NCBI GenBank assembly: GCA_001662655.1
Contig: KV460274.1
DNA length: 64,000 nucleotides
Source: Pseudogymnoascus verrucosus
Taxonomy: Eukaryota
Direction: 5' to 3' (one strand)
Within the stretch, counting starts at the first letter, position 1, and each line of letters opens with the position of its first letter. Below the pieces are notes generated by a model. That model worked only from the letters and a program-made list of their open reading frames with translations, was not told where the DNA came from and ran no database searches. Positions 38,753 through 51,947 of the stretch are shown piece after piece. A program made the position numbers and the translations under genes.

Positions 38753-39991
38753 ATGTACTCTACTCGAGCCAGTATTAGGCTGAAATATACGGCTCGGCGG
38801 GTTTCAACGGCGAAATGCGCATATGCGACAACGTCATATAGCTCGCCGGCGCCAAATGCCTCCCGGTTGACAGACCAGGACATCAGCTCAGCGCGAAGCT
38901 ACTGCTCAACGCTTGTCCAGTACCTACCCTATCCCTAACTTGCGCTTGTCCATTTGAGCTAATGCGTGTTCAGAAAATTTGACTCGCCTTCATATACGTT
39001 ACAGACGTTCATCCCGGCTCCAACCCGCGATGCCTACCTCGCAATCCGTGCCCTTAACATTGAGCTCTCGCGCATTCCCGACCTGGTCTCAAACCCTACA
39101 ATTGGCGCCCTGCGCATGCAATTCTGGCGCGACAACATAACACGGACGTTTGCGAATACGCCGCCGAAAGAGCCGGTGGCTATTCTCCTCCACCATGCAC
39201 TCCAGTCCCTCAAAGAACGCCACCCGAATGCGCCCACATCGAGTTTAAAGGCCTGGTTCATGAAGGTCATAAACGCCCGAGAGCAGTACATGGATAATCG
39301 CCCATACCCGACCATGGATGCGCTGGAGAACTATGCTGAGGCTACCTATTCAACGTTGATGTACTTAACGCTGGGATTCCTTCCCCTTCACTCTATGTCA
39401 ATAGACCATTTGGCCAGCCACATTGGTAAAGCGGCAGGGATATCAGCTGTGCTTCGCGGGATGCCTCTCATTGCCTTTCCGCCTCCACCTAATCACCATA
39501 GTAATAGCGGAGCATCAGCAGGATCTTTAGGGGGCGAAGGTGGTGCTCGCCAAGGAGCAGTTCTGCTTCCGCTTGATGTCATGGCAGATACAAATACGAA
39601 GCAGGAGGACGTTTTGCGTCAAGGTGCCAATGCGCCGGGCCTCAAGGACGCTGTATTTCAGGTCGCAACTCGGGCAAATGATCATCTAATAACAGCGAGG
39701 AATATGCTACAGCGTCTTCAGGAAGGGAAAGACATGGGTCACGACTTTGAGCATGAGGGAGAGGAAGGACACGACTATGGAATGCAAGGCCGAGACTTGA
39801 ATGAACCGCAAAACTCTGCGGCTGAAGAACTTGCCAGGGGATTCGGCGTGCTCATGCCGGCAGTGTCGACAAGGCTTTGGCTGGAGAAGCTTGAGAAGGC
39901 GGATTTTGATATTTTCAGGGAGGAAGTCAGGGGACGGTCCTTAAGTTTACCTTGGAGTGCGTACTGGGCGTACAAGAGGACGCAGCTATAG
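38753..39991 (+). CDS. NDUFAF6-like complex I assembly factor (squalene/phytoene synthase fold)
   Basis: Mitochondrial-presequence-like start; intron 38920-38973; AIRALNIEL, LRMQFWRD, LENYAEATYS and ASHIGKAAGI. Confidence 0.85.
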
Positions 39992-40420
39992 ATAATATGT
40001 ATTATATGCGCCATATTCTTGTAATTATATGCAATAACTGATGATTTTAGATCTAAATGAATCTCAACTCCCAGTACTCATTGGGATATTTGCACGTATG
40101 TAATATTGGGACACGTCAAAATTAAACAACAGCCTTATGCCTTGGCGACATTAGTGCCTATTTAGCTCAGACAACAGTCGTGCCAAGGAAACGCATTGGA
40201 GATTCCGAAATGTGGATGACCGCTTGAAGGTTTAGATTTCTCGACGGTCACCTCGAATATTGCTGGCGCAAGCGATGGATATATATTTGTATTATTAGTA
40301 CAATTGCTTGGTACCCATGCGTTCATGAGAATCGTGCTTGATGCTGGCTACAGCCGTTGTATCAACCCCTCCAAGATTCAGGTCCCCAGGCGCGACAAGG
40401 CGCGACAAGGCGCAACAATA

Positions 40421-42323
40421 ATGGCCGCATCCAGGGACTTCGCCCCTGGATCGCCTTTAGGAGCACAAGGCGAAATACCAATAGCCAACGATGGGCCTGA
40501 TATTGAGGCGGGAAGGAAGAATTCTCTCTACCCTCCGCTACATAGCGTTGATACCCAAACGTCCATCGCGACTGAAGCCGACAATCACAACGTTGCGCCT
40601 ATACTCCGACAGCGGAAGAGCCACATTGGAACATATTGGGGAACCTTCCCAGCTGTGGTCGACAACCCACGCCGGCCGCTATGGAAGCCTGGCCAGGAGC
40701 CAGGACTCGATCCTGCGAGGCCCAATGGAGGACGGGAGCAGCTTCTCCCTCTGCGCGCCGAGTGCGATATCACGGTCGTAGATTACAGTGAAGACGATAT
40801 GGTGATGCGCCGTTTGACAAACGAAACACTGCCATTGTGGCTGGAGAGGACAGAGAAAATGGAAAAGGAAGGGTCGGAAGAGTTGGCCTGGGCAAAATGT
40901 CGATGGATCAATGTCAACGGACTGAGTTGGGACGTTATTCAGGCATTGGGCAAATATAAGAATCTCCACAGTCTTGCCATAGAGGATATGGTCAATACGA
41001 AGAATAGAACGAAGGCAGACTGGTAAGCTACCCAAAACTACTAATGGAAACTCTGTGCTGATATAATATAGGTATTCGGATCATACTTTTCTCATCTTAA
41101 CTCTCCAGAAGCTCGTGAAGTTGCCTGAAGACTGTGATTCTGACAGCGATTCCGACGAGGAGAGCGACCTCTCAAAATCGCCCACAGGCAGTGTCAAGGA
41201 GAAACGGGGCTGGTTGTCAAAGCTCTTGCACAGACTCAGCCGCCAAGACCCCTCAGTCGCCAGAGCGAGGGCAGCAGTTTCCTCCGAGTCTCCAGAGGAT
41301 ATCATGACAGGTCACAGTGCGCGGTACAAGCGTGCTGGCTCCCAACTGCGAACACTACAGCGTTATGGCGGGGGCCCAAATCCAGAGTTCATGACCTTCA
41401 TGGAACGGAACTCGGCCATGACCCGCAATGGTCTCGCCGTTTGCGCTGAGCAGGTTTCTGTCTTTCTCCACGGTTCCAACACCGTGATCTCTTTCTTTGA
41501 GCAGTCTGCGGATGATATCGAGGCGCCGATTCTGCGGCGTCTCGCAACACCCGAAACTATTCTTCGCCGCTCTTGCGACGCTTCTATGCTGGTCCAATCC
41601 ATTCTCGATACGATAATCGATCACGCTGTGCCCATCGCCACAGCCTACTCCGAGATTATTCAGGAGCTAGAGCTTGATGTCCTCACTGAGCCCGACATCA
41701 AACATACCCGCGAGCTGTACCTTCTCACCTCCGAGACCGCCACTATGCGCAACTTCATCTCCCCAATTGCGACACTTATCCGCGCCCTCCGCGACCGCAC
41801 CGTGGCTCCTAACTCTCCTGCCGCTGCTAACAACAACAACACGCTCACTCGTCATGAATCGGGGCCTTCAGTCTCGCATACCTCCACTGTTGACATCTCG
41901 CCACTGGCCCACACGTATCTCGGGGATGTGGAGGATCACTGCCTCAGTATCCTGTCGGAGCTTGACCAGATCGCCACGTCGGCATCGGGCCTAATAAGCC
42001 TGATTTTCAACACAATCTCAGCATACCAGAATGAGTCGATGAAACAATTAACGGTTGTGACCGTTATTTTATTGCCGTTAACTGTGATTACGGGGTTTTA
42101 TGGGATGAATTTCACGGACTTCGATGCGCTTAATAACAATACCAACTACTTTTGGAGCATTGCAGCGCCGGTCGCTGTTGGTATGGGGCTACTAATGATG
42201 CGAGAAATGATAGTGAGGTGGTTTAAGAAAGTAATTTTGAAGTGGGGTAGAAGGAGGAGGCGTGAGAGACGCGAGAGAAAGGAGAGAGAGAGGAGGGAAA
42301 GGGAACTGAGGAAGAGAAGATGA
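40421..42323 (+). CDS. CorA-family Mg2+/metal transporter
   Basis: RWINVNGLSWDVI, LH.LAIED, EQVSVFL, NESMKQLTVVT and GFYGMNF signature; intron 41023-41071. Confidence 0.9.
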
Positions 42324-42967
42324 ACTGTGATAAATTATTTTGTAAGGTTTGAAGATGAAAGGGGCGCATTAAGTTCTGTTGGAGTTAGCCGGGTTTTTAT
42401 TTAGATACCATTGTCGGATAGATTTCGGCGCTTGAGAACTTACTCAACACAAATGCAGTGTCGCTTGTCATATTTCTACCTGAACTCCAATAGCGTATTA
42501 ATATATTTGAGTATAAAGGGCGACAATGAGAAGCGATGAGAAACGCGCTTACAATGAATGATCCCCCAAAAAGAATCAAAAAGGTAAAAAAAAGCAAAAA
42601 TGAAAGGTACAGTACTAATGAAGAGTCTTCAATTCAGTGAACAAGAAACATCATATGATCATACGTACTAAGTCATGAAGCCAGGCGACTGTTTGGATAA
42701 TGGAGGGAGGGCGCTTAGCGGGGGTTATGTGTTTAAGCGATCTAGGTGGGGGGGAGCGCGCTTACCTTTAGCGTGACGCTTGTACGCTAAACCCAGCTGG
42801 ATCCAGCGGTGGCAGAAAAGTGTCCAGGCAGGTCGCCATCGTCTTCACATTTCGATGCGACTTCTTGAACTACGCGTTAGATATATTCACATTCGCTCCA
42901 ACTCTTCCTCGATATTCTCGATAGTTCTTGCTACAAATTCCTTTGCTATTTCAAGCTCCTTACAGCC

Positions 42968-43957
42968 ATGCCGAAAGACGACCTTATGGAGCATGCCTCC
43001 TCCACCGTCGACTTCTATGCCCTTCTCGGCGTCGAATTCGAGTCCTCATCTTCAGACATCCGCCGAGCCTACCGCAAGACAGCCTTGAAATACCATCCCG
43101 ATAAACTCGGTGCTGCTTTTGACCCCGAGAAATTCCATCTCCTCCAGGTTGCGAACGATGTGCTGAGCGATCCGACCGCGAAAGCGGCCTACGACAATGC
43201 GCGCTATGCGAGACTGCAGAAGGTGAGGCAGGAGCAGCTGTTTGAGGGGCGGAGGAGACAGATGAAGGAGGAGTTGGAAGCGAGAGAGAAGGGAGGTGTG
43301 GGAGCTGGGATACAGGTTGGGGGGAAGAGACCGAGGGAGGAGGAAGATGAGATGGGCACAGAGATTCGCCGCCTGGCGGAGGAGGGGAAGAGGAGGAGGA
43401 GGGAGATGGAAGAGAAGATACGGGCGCAAGGTGGATCTGCACCATCGTTTGCTGAACCTTCCGCGTCGACACCTCCACCCAAACGGCCAGCCGATATCAC
43501 CCCTAAACCTGCCGCACCGACCAAACCAGAGCCAGCACAAACAGCAGCAGAGGAAGCTGAAGAGGAAGATGAAGTCGCCCGACTCGAGCGCCGCATCCGA
43601 GAAATTGCCGAAGCCAAAGAGAAGCGTAAGGCTGACAAGCGGGCGCGGAAAAGTGGTGTCTACGTCCCGGCTGATACCCCATCTGCATCTCCTGCGGGTG
43701 ACTGGAAGGCGAGGTTGAAGGAGAAAGGCATCCATGACCAGAAGGACACCAGTACACCAGTGAAAAGACCCGATTTGAACGGACTTAAAGCAGGCGAGAA
43801 ACCGCTGTCCTCGCCGAAGTTCTCGTTCTCCCCAAAGCCAAGGCTTGTGCCACAGGCGAAGGATGAATTTGCAGCAACTATGGACCGCCTGAAGGATGCC
43901 GAAAAGAAGAGATTGGAGGAGGAGATTCGGCGGAAGGAGGCTGACAGTCCTCTGTAG
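42968..43957 (+). CDS. CWC23: J-domain spliceosome factor Cwc23/cwf23-like
   Basis: N-terminal J domain (DFYALLG..IRRAYRKTALKYHPDK) followed by RRQMKEELEARE coiled coil. Confidence 0.75.
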   Translation: MPKDDLMEHASSTVDFYALLGVEFESSSSDIRRAYRKTALKYHPDKLGAAFDPEKFHLLQVANDVLSDPTAKAAYDNARYARLQKVRQEQLFEGRRRQMKEELEAREKGGVGAGIQVGGKRPREEEDEMGTEIRRLAEEGKRRRREMEEKIRAQGGSAPSFAEPSASTPPPKRPADITPKPAAPTKPEPAQTAAEEAEEEDEVARLERRIREIAEAKEKRKADKRARKSGVYVPADTPSASPAGDWKARLKEKGIHDQKDTSTPVKRPDLNGLKAGEKPLSSPKFSFSPKPRLVPQAKDEFAATMDRLKDAEKKRLEEEIRRKEADSPL

Positions 43958-44181
43958 GGACTCCCTGTGCATATTGCATTTCAGCGTTGGCGTTTGGGGC
44001 ATTTAAGTTTATGATACCATGTGTTATATGTAGATTAAAGCATACAGAAAGCGAATCAAAGATGAGATTCATATATACTATATCGTATACTCCTATTCGT
44101 ACATTGCCCAGTCTCTCACCAAGCTTCCAGCACTTCAACGTACAAGTCTATCGTAACCAATCTTAACGTACAACAGCCTTT

Positions 44182-45399
44182 CTACTTCGACAGGTGCCAC
44201 GCAGGCACAAATGCCTTAACCTTGACCAAGTTCTCCGCTCCATCCTCAGTCTTCCATTCGAATTTAAACTCGTCCCCTTCTTTGTACCCCGCTCCTTCGC
44301 CCTGCATCGCATTCGTCATAATTTCCAGTCGGCACAGTGCCAAACCCACATTGCCTACCCCCTTCAACCACTTCCCAGCGCTTCGTCCCCTCTTCTCAAA
44401 GCGCCCAATCTGTGTCTCCGCGGGCGGCGCCGCAATCTCCACCTCCGGCTTATACTCTAGAGTCTGTGGTTCGTCCTCTTTAGCACCATACAGCTGAACA
44501 GGCAAGATACGCTTCCGCACAACTCCAGTATGGTGTGTGCGGATTGTCAGTTCCTGGCCCACATAGCAGCCCTTGCGGTAGTCGATACCGGACATGTAAT
44601 CGATGTTGCTTTCCTGCGGCAGAGCAGATTCACGCAAGATCTCGTCCTGGCCCTCCGCAACGCCCTTCAGGTACCGCCGGATCGTGTAGCTCATCTCATC
44701 TGTCTCCACCAGCCCCTCCGTGTCTTCTGCCGGTGGCTTGGAGCCGCCAAGAAGCAACAGTCGCTTGCCCATCTCCGGGGCCCGGATGTCGACGCACTCA
44801 ATGTGACCAGCTGGGGCTGGGACGGTCTCGGTGGGGATAGTGTGTGGCGTCCACCCCATCCCGACCTCCTTTGACTTATCCTCCTTCCACAAGCTCCATG
44901 TCTGCATCTCGTCTTCAGGTAACAACCTAATATCGAATTTCGCCCTCAGCCTAAACCGCTTCAAGTGCTTATACAGCGTCTCCGCCGCCTGCGCATCAAC
45001 CTCCACGATCCAATTCTCCCCTCCACTCCCATCATACTTCCCCTTCAGCAGATTGTTCGAATCGGGGTAGATGAAGACATCATTCAGGATTCGGCCCGGC
45101 GCATTGAGGAAAGCAGCGTAGAACCCGCTCGTGCGCGGCGTCGACGGCGCGATGTTGGCGGTTATGACACCCTGGAGGAAGTGCGGCGCGTCGGGTCCCG
45201 AGAGTGAGATCAGGCGCCGCGAGGGGAGGAGGGCGTAGCTTGATTGCGGAGGAGGTGGGGGGTTGGCATTGAGGCGGGGGCTGGTGGAGAAGCGGGCGCG
45301 TCGGGATTGGAAGCAGGAGGTGCAGATGTATGGATTGGTGAGTGTGCGGGTGGGGGATTGAAGCTGTAATAGCAGGCGGGTGGAGAGTGGACGCTTCAT
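44182..45399 (-). CDS. IBA57: mitochondrial Fe-S assembly factor Iba57/Caf17 (YgfZ family)
   Basis: G.DA..FLQG, FLNAPGRIL.D and KGCYVGQELT signature. Confidence 0.93.
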   Translation of the reverse strand: MKRPLSTRLLLQLQSPTRTLTNPYICTSCFQSRRARFSTSPRLNANPPPPPQSSYALLPSRRLISLSGPDAPHFLQGVITANIAPSTPRTSGFYAAFLNAPGRILNDVFIYPDSNNLLKGKYDGSGGENWIVEVDAQAAETLYKHLKRFRLRAKFDIRLLPEDEMQTWSLWKEDKSKEVGMGWTPHTIPTETVPAPAGHIECVDIRAPEMGKRLLLLGGSKPPAEDTEGLVETDEMSYTIRRYLKGVAEGQDEILRESALPQESNIDYMSGIDYRKGCYVGQELTIRTHHTGVVRKRILPVQLYGAKEDEPQTLEYKPEVEIAAPPAETQIGRFEKRGRSAGKWLKGVGNVGLALCRLEIMTNAMQGEGAGYKEGDEFKFEWKTEDGAENLVKVKAFVPAWHLSK

Positions 45400-45769
45400 T
45401 GTGGTATGGAGGGCTGGGAGTTGTTGTCACGGAGAAGAGATGAGCTCCGCGAGCTGCGTCCCGTTAAGGTTCGTCATGTCGGAATGCACGGAGGTTTTTG
45501 TGCTGTGGGGGGGTAGCTTTCATTACGGTAGTTGGCCCAAATGCCGGTTCGACAAAAGGGTTCAGTAAGCCGACTCCATGAAGGACCCATGATCAGTTCT
45601 GAGTACGACTATAATATATAATATGGTTATTACCTACGTTCATAGTTTTGTTGACTGCAAAGTCATAATGGCAAATCAAAATACACTACTGAAAATTATG
45701 CAAACAATCGAAAGGCCTAAGATGTGACTAATCAGGAAGGAGTGAGACGATAGGGGGAGAAGATGGGAT

Positions 45770-45915
45770 GGACAGTGAGGAGAAGATGGGACGGTAACAA
45801 GAAAAATGGCGAGAAGGTAAGCTTTCTTATCCCTTTCCTGATTCATGTTACCATCTGCCACATTTTTTTGTCACCGCCCTGTTTTTCATTACCGTTACAC
45901 CCATTCCCTCGTCAC
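45770..45915. repeat. imperfect inverted repeat built from the GTCACC-array motif (copy D)
   Basis: gggacggtaacaagaaaaatggcgagaaggtaa (about 45788-45820) pairs imperfectly with ttaccatctgccacatttttttgtcaccgccc (about 45848-45879). Confidence 0.6.
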
Positions 45916-46209
45916 TATAGACACTACGTTGTGGTGGAGAAGCCTTCGAGAATGATTGGGGCAAACAATGACAGGAAATGAAGTCTTCTACGAGTGCTAT
46001 CTCAGATTGAAACTGTTTCAACTTTCATCCCTTACACGGCAGTTTATAAGTGACCTATGCATGCTTCTTTGAATGTATTCATATTTACTCCGAACTCAAC
46101 GCAACCTGCAATAACTATCACTATGATCCCAATATCCCCCTTCCAATGCCTAAACCCATCACTATATAACAACTATCGCTAACAACCGCTGAAGTCCCAT
46201 ACCCATCAT

Positions 46210-49090
46210 CTAAAGTCCACCTTTGGCAATAGTATCAAGATATCCCAATAGAAATCCCTTATCCGTTGGGGACATAGGCGCCTGGTTGCTGGTCCTTCTG
46301 GAACCCCTCGCTCCAGTATTCTCTCCGCCAGACGCAAATGGCCTCTCAGCACCAAGCTTCTGCTGCTGGGAGGGTCCCGGTGACGCTGGCTCAGGTAATT
46401 TCTTGAACAGCGAGAGTAGAGCCTGCTTGTGCGCTTGAGGAGGCGTAGGTTGAGCTGTATGCTGTGACTCGATAGTTGGCAACACTGGTGGTGATACTCT
46501 AGTCGGGCTGATACCAGAAAGTTCTGCGGGCATGTGAGGCATTGGAACGCCTTGCGCCGGTCGCTTCAAGATCTGAGGCGCAAAGGGTTTCGGTGCTTGC
46601 TGTGGTGCCTCAACATCAGCCTGGCGCTTCGGAGTACCTCCCGCTTTCCTCGCTCCCTTGCCATTGGCCGGTGGTTGGCGATGCTGCTGAGGTTGCTGAG
46701 CCTGCTGAGCTTGCGAAGGCTGCCGCGGCTGCGGAGTGGAAGGTTTCGAATTTGCCTGGGGAGGACGTGATAGGATAGCAGTCGGCCTAAATGGCTGTTG
46801 TTGCTCCGGTGCGCGAGGCTGAACCTCAGGTCTACCGTCAGGCTTTGGCCTAGCAAGAGCTAAGTTGCCATCAGGAAGCGGTCCACGGGCCCTTGTAATG
46901 GAAGCTGGAGATACTGCAGGCCGAGTATCCATTGCCGTTGGCATTGGAGGAACCTGGGGAGGCTCTGCAGAAGTTGGTTTTGCCATACGAGCAGCAGGAG
47001 CCGTAGGAGTCTTAAACAGACTTAGAAGTGCTGATTTATGCACATCGGCTGGCGGCGATCCGACGGGCAAGTTGCGATAATCTTGCTGTGGCGGCCTTTG
47101 CTCGTAGCTTGCTACAGGGCGACTGACATTTGGTTGCTCTTGCAACAGGTGCTCGCTTGGAAGCTCTTGAAGCTGTGTGGTAGGAGTTACGTGCCCCTGA
47201 GTGTATCTCGATAGTGGATGACCGTTTGAAACTTTGCTATCTGGCACCACCCTATCTTGACCACGAAACGCGTTCAAGAGGGCCAAGGAGTGGCTGGTCA
47301 ATTGGGGTGGCGTTGGTTTGGGTGGTGATATTACAGGTTCGTGTGCGTTTGGTAGATTCGGTTGCGTTGGAGGAGAGAATTGAGATGGGCGCTGCTGAGG
47401 AATCTGTGGCATATTCTGCTGACTAGCCTGCTGCATAAACTGAGCTATCGGATTGTGGCCCTGACCACCACTGAATACGCCTTGCTGGACTTGCGGTGGG
47501 AGTGGTTGGGGATGTTGCAAGAACTGCGGGTGGCGTCCAAACTGAGGCTGTACTTGTGGCCCAGGAATTTGAGCGCCCGAAAAGTAAGAAGGATCAGCAG
47601 CATAACTTGCATTCCCTTGCATAGCAGGATGTTGTTGGCCAGCGCTAGGTGCTGGGTTCCCAACTGTCCCCATCGCCTGAGGGTTGGCTATACGCATACC
47701 ACCAGACATTGGGTTGGGTAACTGATGATGCTGAGTAGGGTAATTATAATTCTGTTGTTGTTCAATTTGCATCCTGTTGTCCAAGCCAATGGGAGCGCCA
47801 TTGTATGGTTGAGGATTTGACTCCTGTGGGTTCATTGGGTACTGGTGCTGCGGATTCCGCTGTGTTGGAGCCGAATTGTATGCAAAGTCTGCCGGGCCAC
47901 GGGGCAGTTGAGTTTGAGCTTGTTGGGGTGGAGCTTGTTGTGCTTCGCCTTGGGGCTTTCCACGTAGTATGGCAAGCAGGGCGTCACCGGTGTTCGCTGC
48001 TGGGTATTGGGCAGCGCTTGTAGGGTTTGGCTGCAGGCCCTGCGTCGCAGGCTGTATCTTCAATAGTCTATGAAGAGCTGCCGTAGCTCCTTCCATAGTA
48101 TTCAACTCCGGAGCTGATGCTCCATGAACATTTGAAATTGGCATTTCAAAGCCCTCGATTGCGCTTCTAAAGCCCTCTTCCTCAGTCTGACCCTCGTCTG
48201 CATATTGAGACAAATACTGATTGCTTGTAGCACGGTCAGAGTCTTTCTTCTTCTGCTGCTGAACCCATTTCTTCAGTGGCACCAAGAATGGTGCTACCAT
48301 ATAGAATTTATTCGCGTTCTTTGCAACCTCGGCATCATTGCCTGTTTGGTGATTTTTCTTCCTGAAAGCAGGGAGATCTGATAATCGGTACCACTCAATC
48401 TTGCTGATTTCTTTTCTTGTTCTTGGTTCGAAATGAGTGTCCATAGGGACATCTCTGAAGACGTACAGCCTGATATGTTGCTCGCGCATAGGGATATCGA
48501 TATATTTCACTTCTTCTGAATCCGGGACCAGGCCAGCGGCCCTGATGTCGTAGCCAGTCTCTTCGTATACCTCACGCACAGCACAATCAAGATCATCTTC
48601 ATCCTTGTTGATCTTCCCTCTGGGAAAGCTCCAGTTCGCTCCCTTTTTCCAGCCCTTGACAAGCACGACGGCGTCTAGCGCTTGGTTCAGCATTATGGCA
48701 CCTCGAACAGGCACGCGCGTCTTGTATAGAAGGAATTCTTCAAAGGCTCGCATGTGATTGTCAATCGAAAATGCGGATAGTAAGGGACAATGTTGGAATA
48801 TCCTGAGGCAGAAGCTGCGGAGGGACATGGATGGGAGAGACGGATCCAACGGCCGGATGAAGTCTTCGTAAAACCATTGTGCCTCTTCGACTTGGAAACA
48901 TATCCTCGCTACTGAGGATAGATCCTCCTCTGGTAAGTTGATAATAAATCGAACACATAAATCATCGAGCCCTGTTCCAGCATCGTCTTGTCAGCCCTTG
49001 TCGCGTCAATGATAGCGGGTAATTCCAGTCCACTGGCTGGTCTTTCATCCTGTACTCACAGTCTTCTAGCTGCATTTTGGAGTCTGTCAT
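46210..49090 (-). CDS. DCP2: mRNA decapping enzyme Dcp2
   Basis: Exon 1 MTDSKMQLEDW, then Box A LDDLCVRFIINLP and Nudix FPRGKINKDEDD.DCAVREVYEETG; long P/Q-rich tail with LLxLF helical motifs. Confidence 0.95.
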
Positions 49091-50055
49091 CTAGGCTATA
49101 CTGTGCTAGCATATCCACGACTCGAAAAGACTTTGGGGTGTTTCTTGAGGATAAGAATATCCAAAGCAGGCGGAACCGTGAAGTGCCAAGGTGTCGCGGC
49201 TAGGAAACACGTCGGTCGATATCACTCGCGGAACCAGTACCTCAGAGTTGCGTAGTATCCCGGATCAGAGGTTGGAGGCTCAGAAACTGATGGAAATAGC
49301 GGTTCAGATAATGTGCTTATATCATGGTAGGTGTATCTTCAATGACGATGTTTGCCGCGCTTTGTCTTTGCACCAACCAACATACCACGGATACAGCGAC
49401 AGTTTGGCGCTGTGGCAGTGCATATCTGTGGCGCAGGTGTGGCGCAGCCGTCTAAGCTTAAACAACAAGCACTTGCTCATATTAGTACTAGCGTCCTTTG
49501 TACCTTACCCTGTCAATGACGTTTGGTTGGCATTAAACAGCAAGGGGCTGGGCATGTGCTGGCTGTTGGGTCGCCGGCAAAATCAAGATAAACGCGACGG
49601 CAACCCCTTCATGCGCCAGCAGAAACTGTACATATACGCATTGGTGATTGCTATATATACTTGAATCTGGCTGGCATTATTTGCTTCTTTTAGTCCTCAT
49701 TTCTAGCCATACGCGGGCTGATCATTCTAATCCGTCCCTGGAACTGCATATATTTACTTCAGAAAGTTACCCTGTGTCATATTGGATTCCGACAATCACA
49801 ACGCTGGCTACCAATAGTCGCGCTTAATCCGCAAAGGACTCAGCAAGACCAGGTGCTGTGCTGGAAGCCAATTGACTCACCACCGTTTCACGGCCAAAAA
49901 TAACACAAAGCGCCTCCTGAAACAGACACAACTCGCGGTAGACCTATCAATCAAAGAAAGCCAAATTCGACGGCGATACCGTCAGCCACAAAGAGACTCA
50001 ATAAATCTCACGTTTCCCGCTCCAGTTTTATCGACTATCGATAATCATCGCCAAC

Positions 50056-51093
50056 ATGACTTCGCTGCTGGCCAAATATGTTAGCAAGAAATTCCTAGGG
50101 GAGTCGTTGCAGAATAATTTCGGAACAGAGGTTTGTCTCATGCAAGAATTGACACTACGACGTACTAACTCTCTCTATAGGATCCTTATTTCGAATCTGT
50201 CCCCGCTACACGACTAAATGGCAGGCCCTCGAAGACGAAAATGAAGAAAGTCCGAAAGGCATTACCACCAGGCATATCTGAGCATGATGGGAAGATCCTG
50301 ACGAAGGTCAAGCGCAGGGCTTATAGGCTCGATATGAGCTTGTTCAACTGCTGTGGTATAAGGTTTGGCTGGAGCAGTGTCATTGGTATAATCCCCGGGT
50401 GAGTTTCTATTTTCCGCCGTTTCCTGGGACACTTTTAACGTATTGCATTAGCTTTGGTGATGCGCTGGATGCATTCATGGCAATGATGGTATATCGGACG
50501 TGCCAGCAGGTTGAGGGTGGCCTCCCTGCTACTGTTCAGTCGCAGATGGTGTTTAACATCGTCATTGACTTCTTTATCGGTCTTGTTCCTTTTATCGGCG
50601 ATTTGGCAGATGGTAAGTTATGGCAAGCCCTTATTCCATTCCATCGCTAATAGAAGTGACAGCTGTTTTCCGCGCCAACACCAAAAACGCTGCTGTACTG
50701 GAGAAACATCTTCGCGCTAAGGGACAGGCCAGGCTCAAATCCCAGGGCGCCGCGTTGCCCACAGTCGACCCCAGCGACCCCGATGAGTTCGACCGCCTGA
50801 TGGCCGGCGGTCCACCTCCAGTGTATACTGCAAACGAACCATCACAACAGCCTCCAATGCGTCAAACAGCTCCACCGGGAACTCAGCGTGAAAAACCTTC
50901 GGGCACGACTAATACGGCCACAACAACAACTCAGAGTGGCGGCGGGTGGTTTAGATTTGGAAAGAAAAGCAAGCAGCCAGACGTCGAGAGCGGCAGCGCC
51001 GGCCAAAGGCATGGCGATACGCCACTCTCCAACTTGCCGTCCCGTCCCGCCAGGGAACCAAGCACGCGTCAGAAACCAGCTCGTACTCGGTAG
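50056..51093 (+). CDS. DUF4112-like membrane protein
   Basis: Four exons; KVKRRAYRLD..CCGIRFGWSSVIGIIPG.GD and DFFIGLVPFIGDLAD..FRANTKNA. Confidence 0.8.
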
Positions 51094-51418
51094 GTGTTTG
51101 CAATGAGGGTATTTGGTTATTAATTATGCGGTGCCTTAATGTTAATTTATGTTTGTAACTTTTGTAAAGACTTGGAGATAGATACCACGGTAAAAATTAT
51201 ACAGTTGAATATAACAGCAATAAATGTCAGCATTGAATTTGACCCCGCCTCAATCTTAGACACGGTAATGAGTGAAATATATGCTCCCATGTTTACAAAC
51301 GAACTCGTTGGCTGGACATCCAAAAGCCCAGCAAATGAGTCAGAGGAAGCCCCATTGCCAAGCTGATTGCTGAGCTTTACTAAGTTTACTAAGACGTGTT
51401 ATGACTTAAGCTGGGACA

Positions 51419-51810
51419 AACGCGCGTGCATGGCTGTGGATAAAAGATCCATCTTGTGGATACGGGTAACTGTATCCTTGGACAGCTGCCTGCGCGTTGC
51501 CTACGCGTTGCCAGGTTAATCTTATCAGATCATCTAGCGTGAGGGGTCTCTGTCCACACAAATGCGACAACATGGGGCAGTTTCAGGGAATTCTTTCAGT
51601 TCGATCCAACGGAGGCCGGGAATACGGATCTAGAGGCGTACAGAGTGGAGTTTTGGTGTCTTGGTACGGTTAGGCTGTGTTGTAAAAGTGTCGGTGCGAA
51701 CCCCAGCCTCTTCCCTTTAAAGTGCAAAACGCGTAAAGTCGCGTCACGTGAGGGAAAACGCGCTTCCGAGAAACAAACTAGGGTGCAGACGGGGACTACA
51801 AAGGACGCGC
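51419..51810. promoter_or_regulatory. MCB (ACGCGT/CGCG) cluster in RNR2 promoter
   Basis: ACGCGT at 51503 and 51729, TCGCGT at 51739, ACGCGC at 51420, 51758 and about 51805. Confidence 0.7.
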
Positions 51811-51947
51811 TCTTCCCCTCCACCACCTTATTCTTCACGTCACCATCAACACATCCAATTCCTCTTTACTCTCTCTCACTCTGTACCAAAACTACAAGAA
51901 CATCTACATTAACTCAATTGATCTCACTATCCTCATACAACAATACA

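Noticed and set aside
11635..42323. Metal-homeostasis supercluster (zrfC, aspf2, alpha-CA, CorA)
   Set aside because: The genes are separated by many unrelated housekeeping genes; only zrfC-aspf2 is a supported unit.
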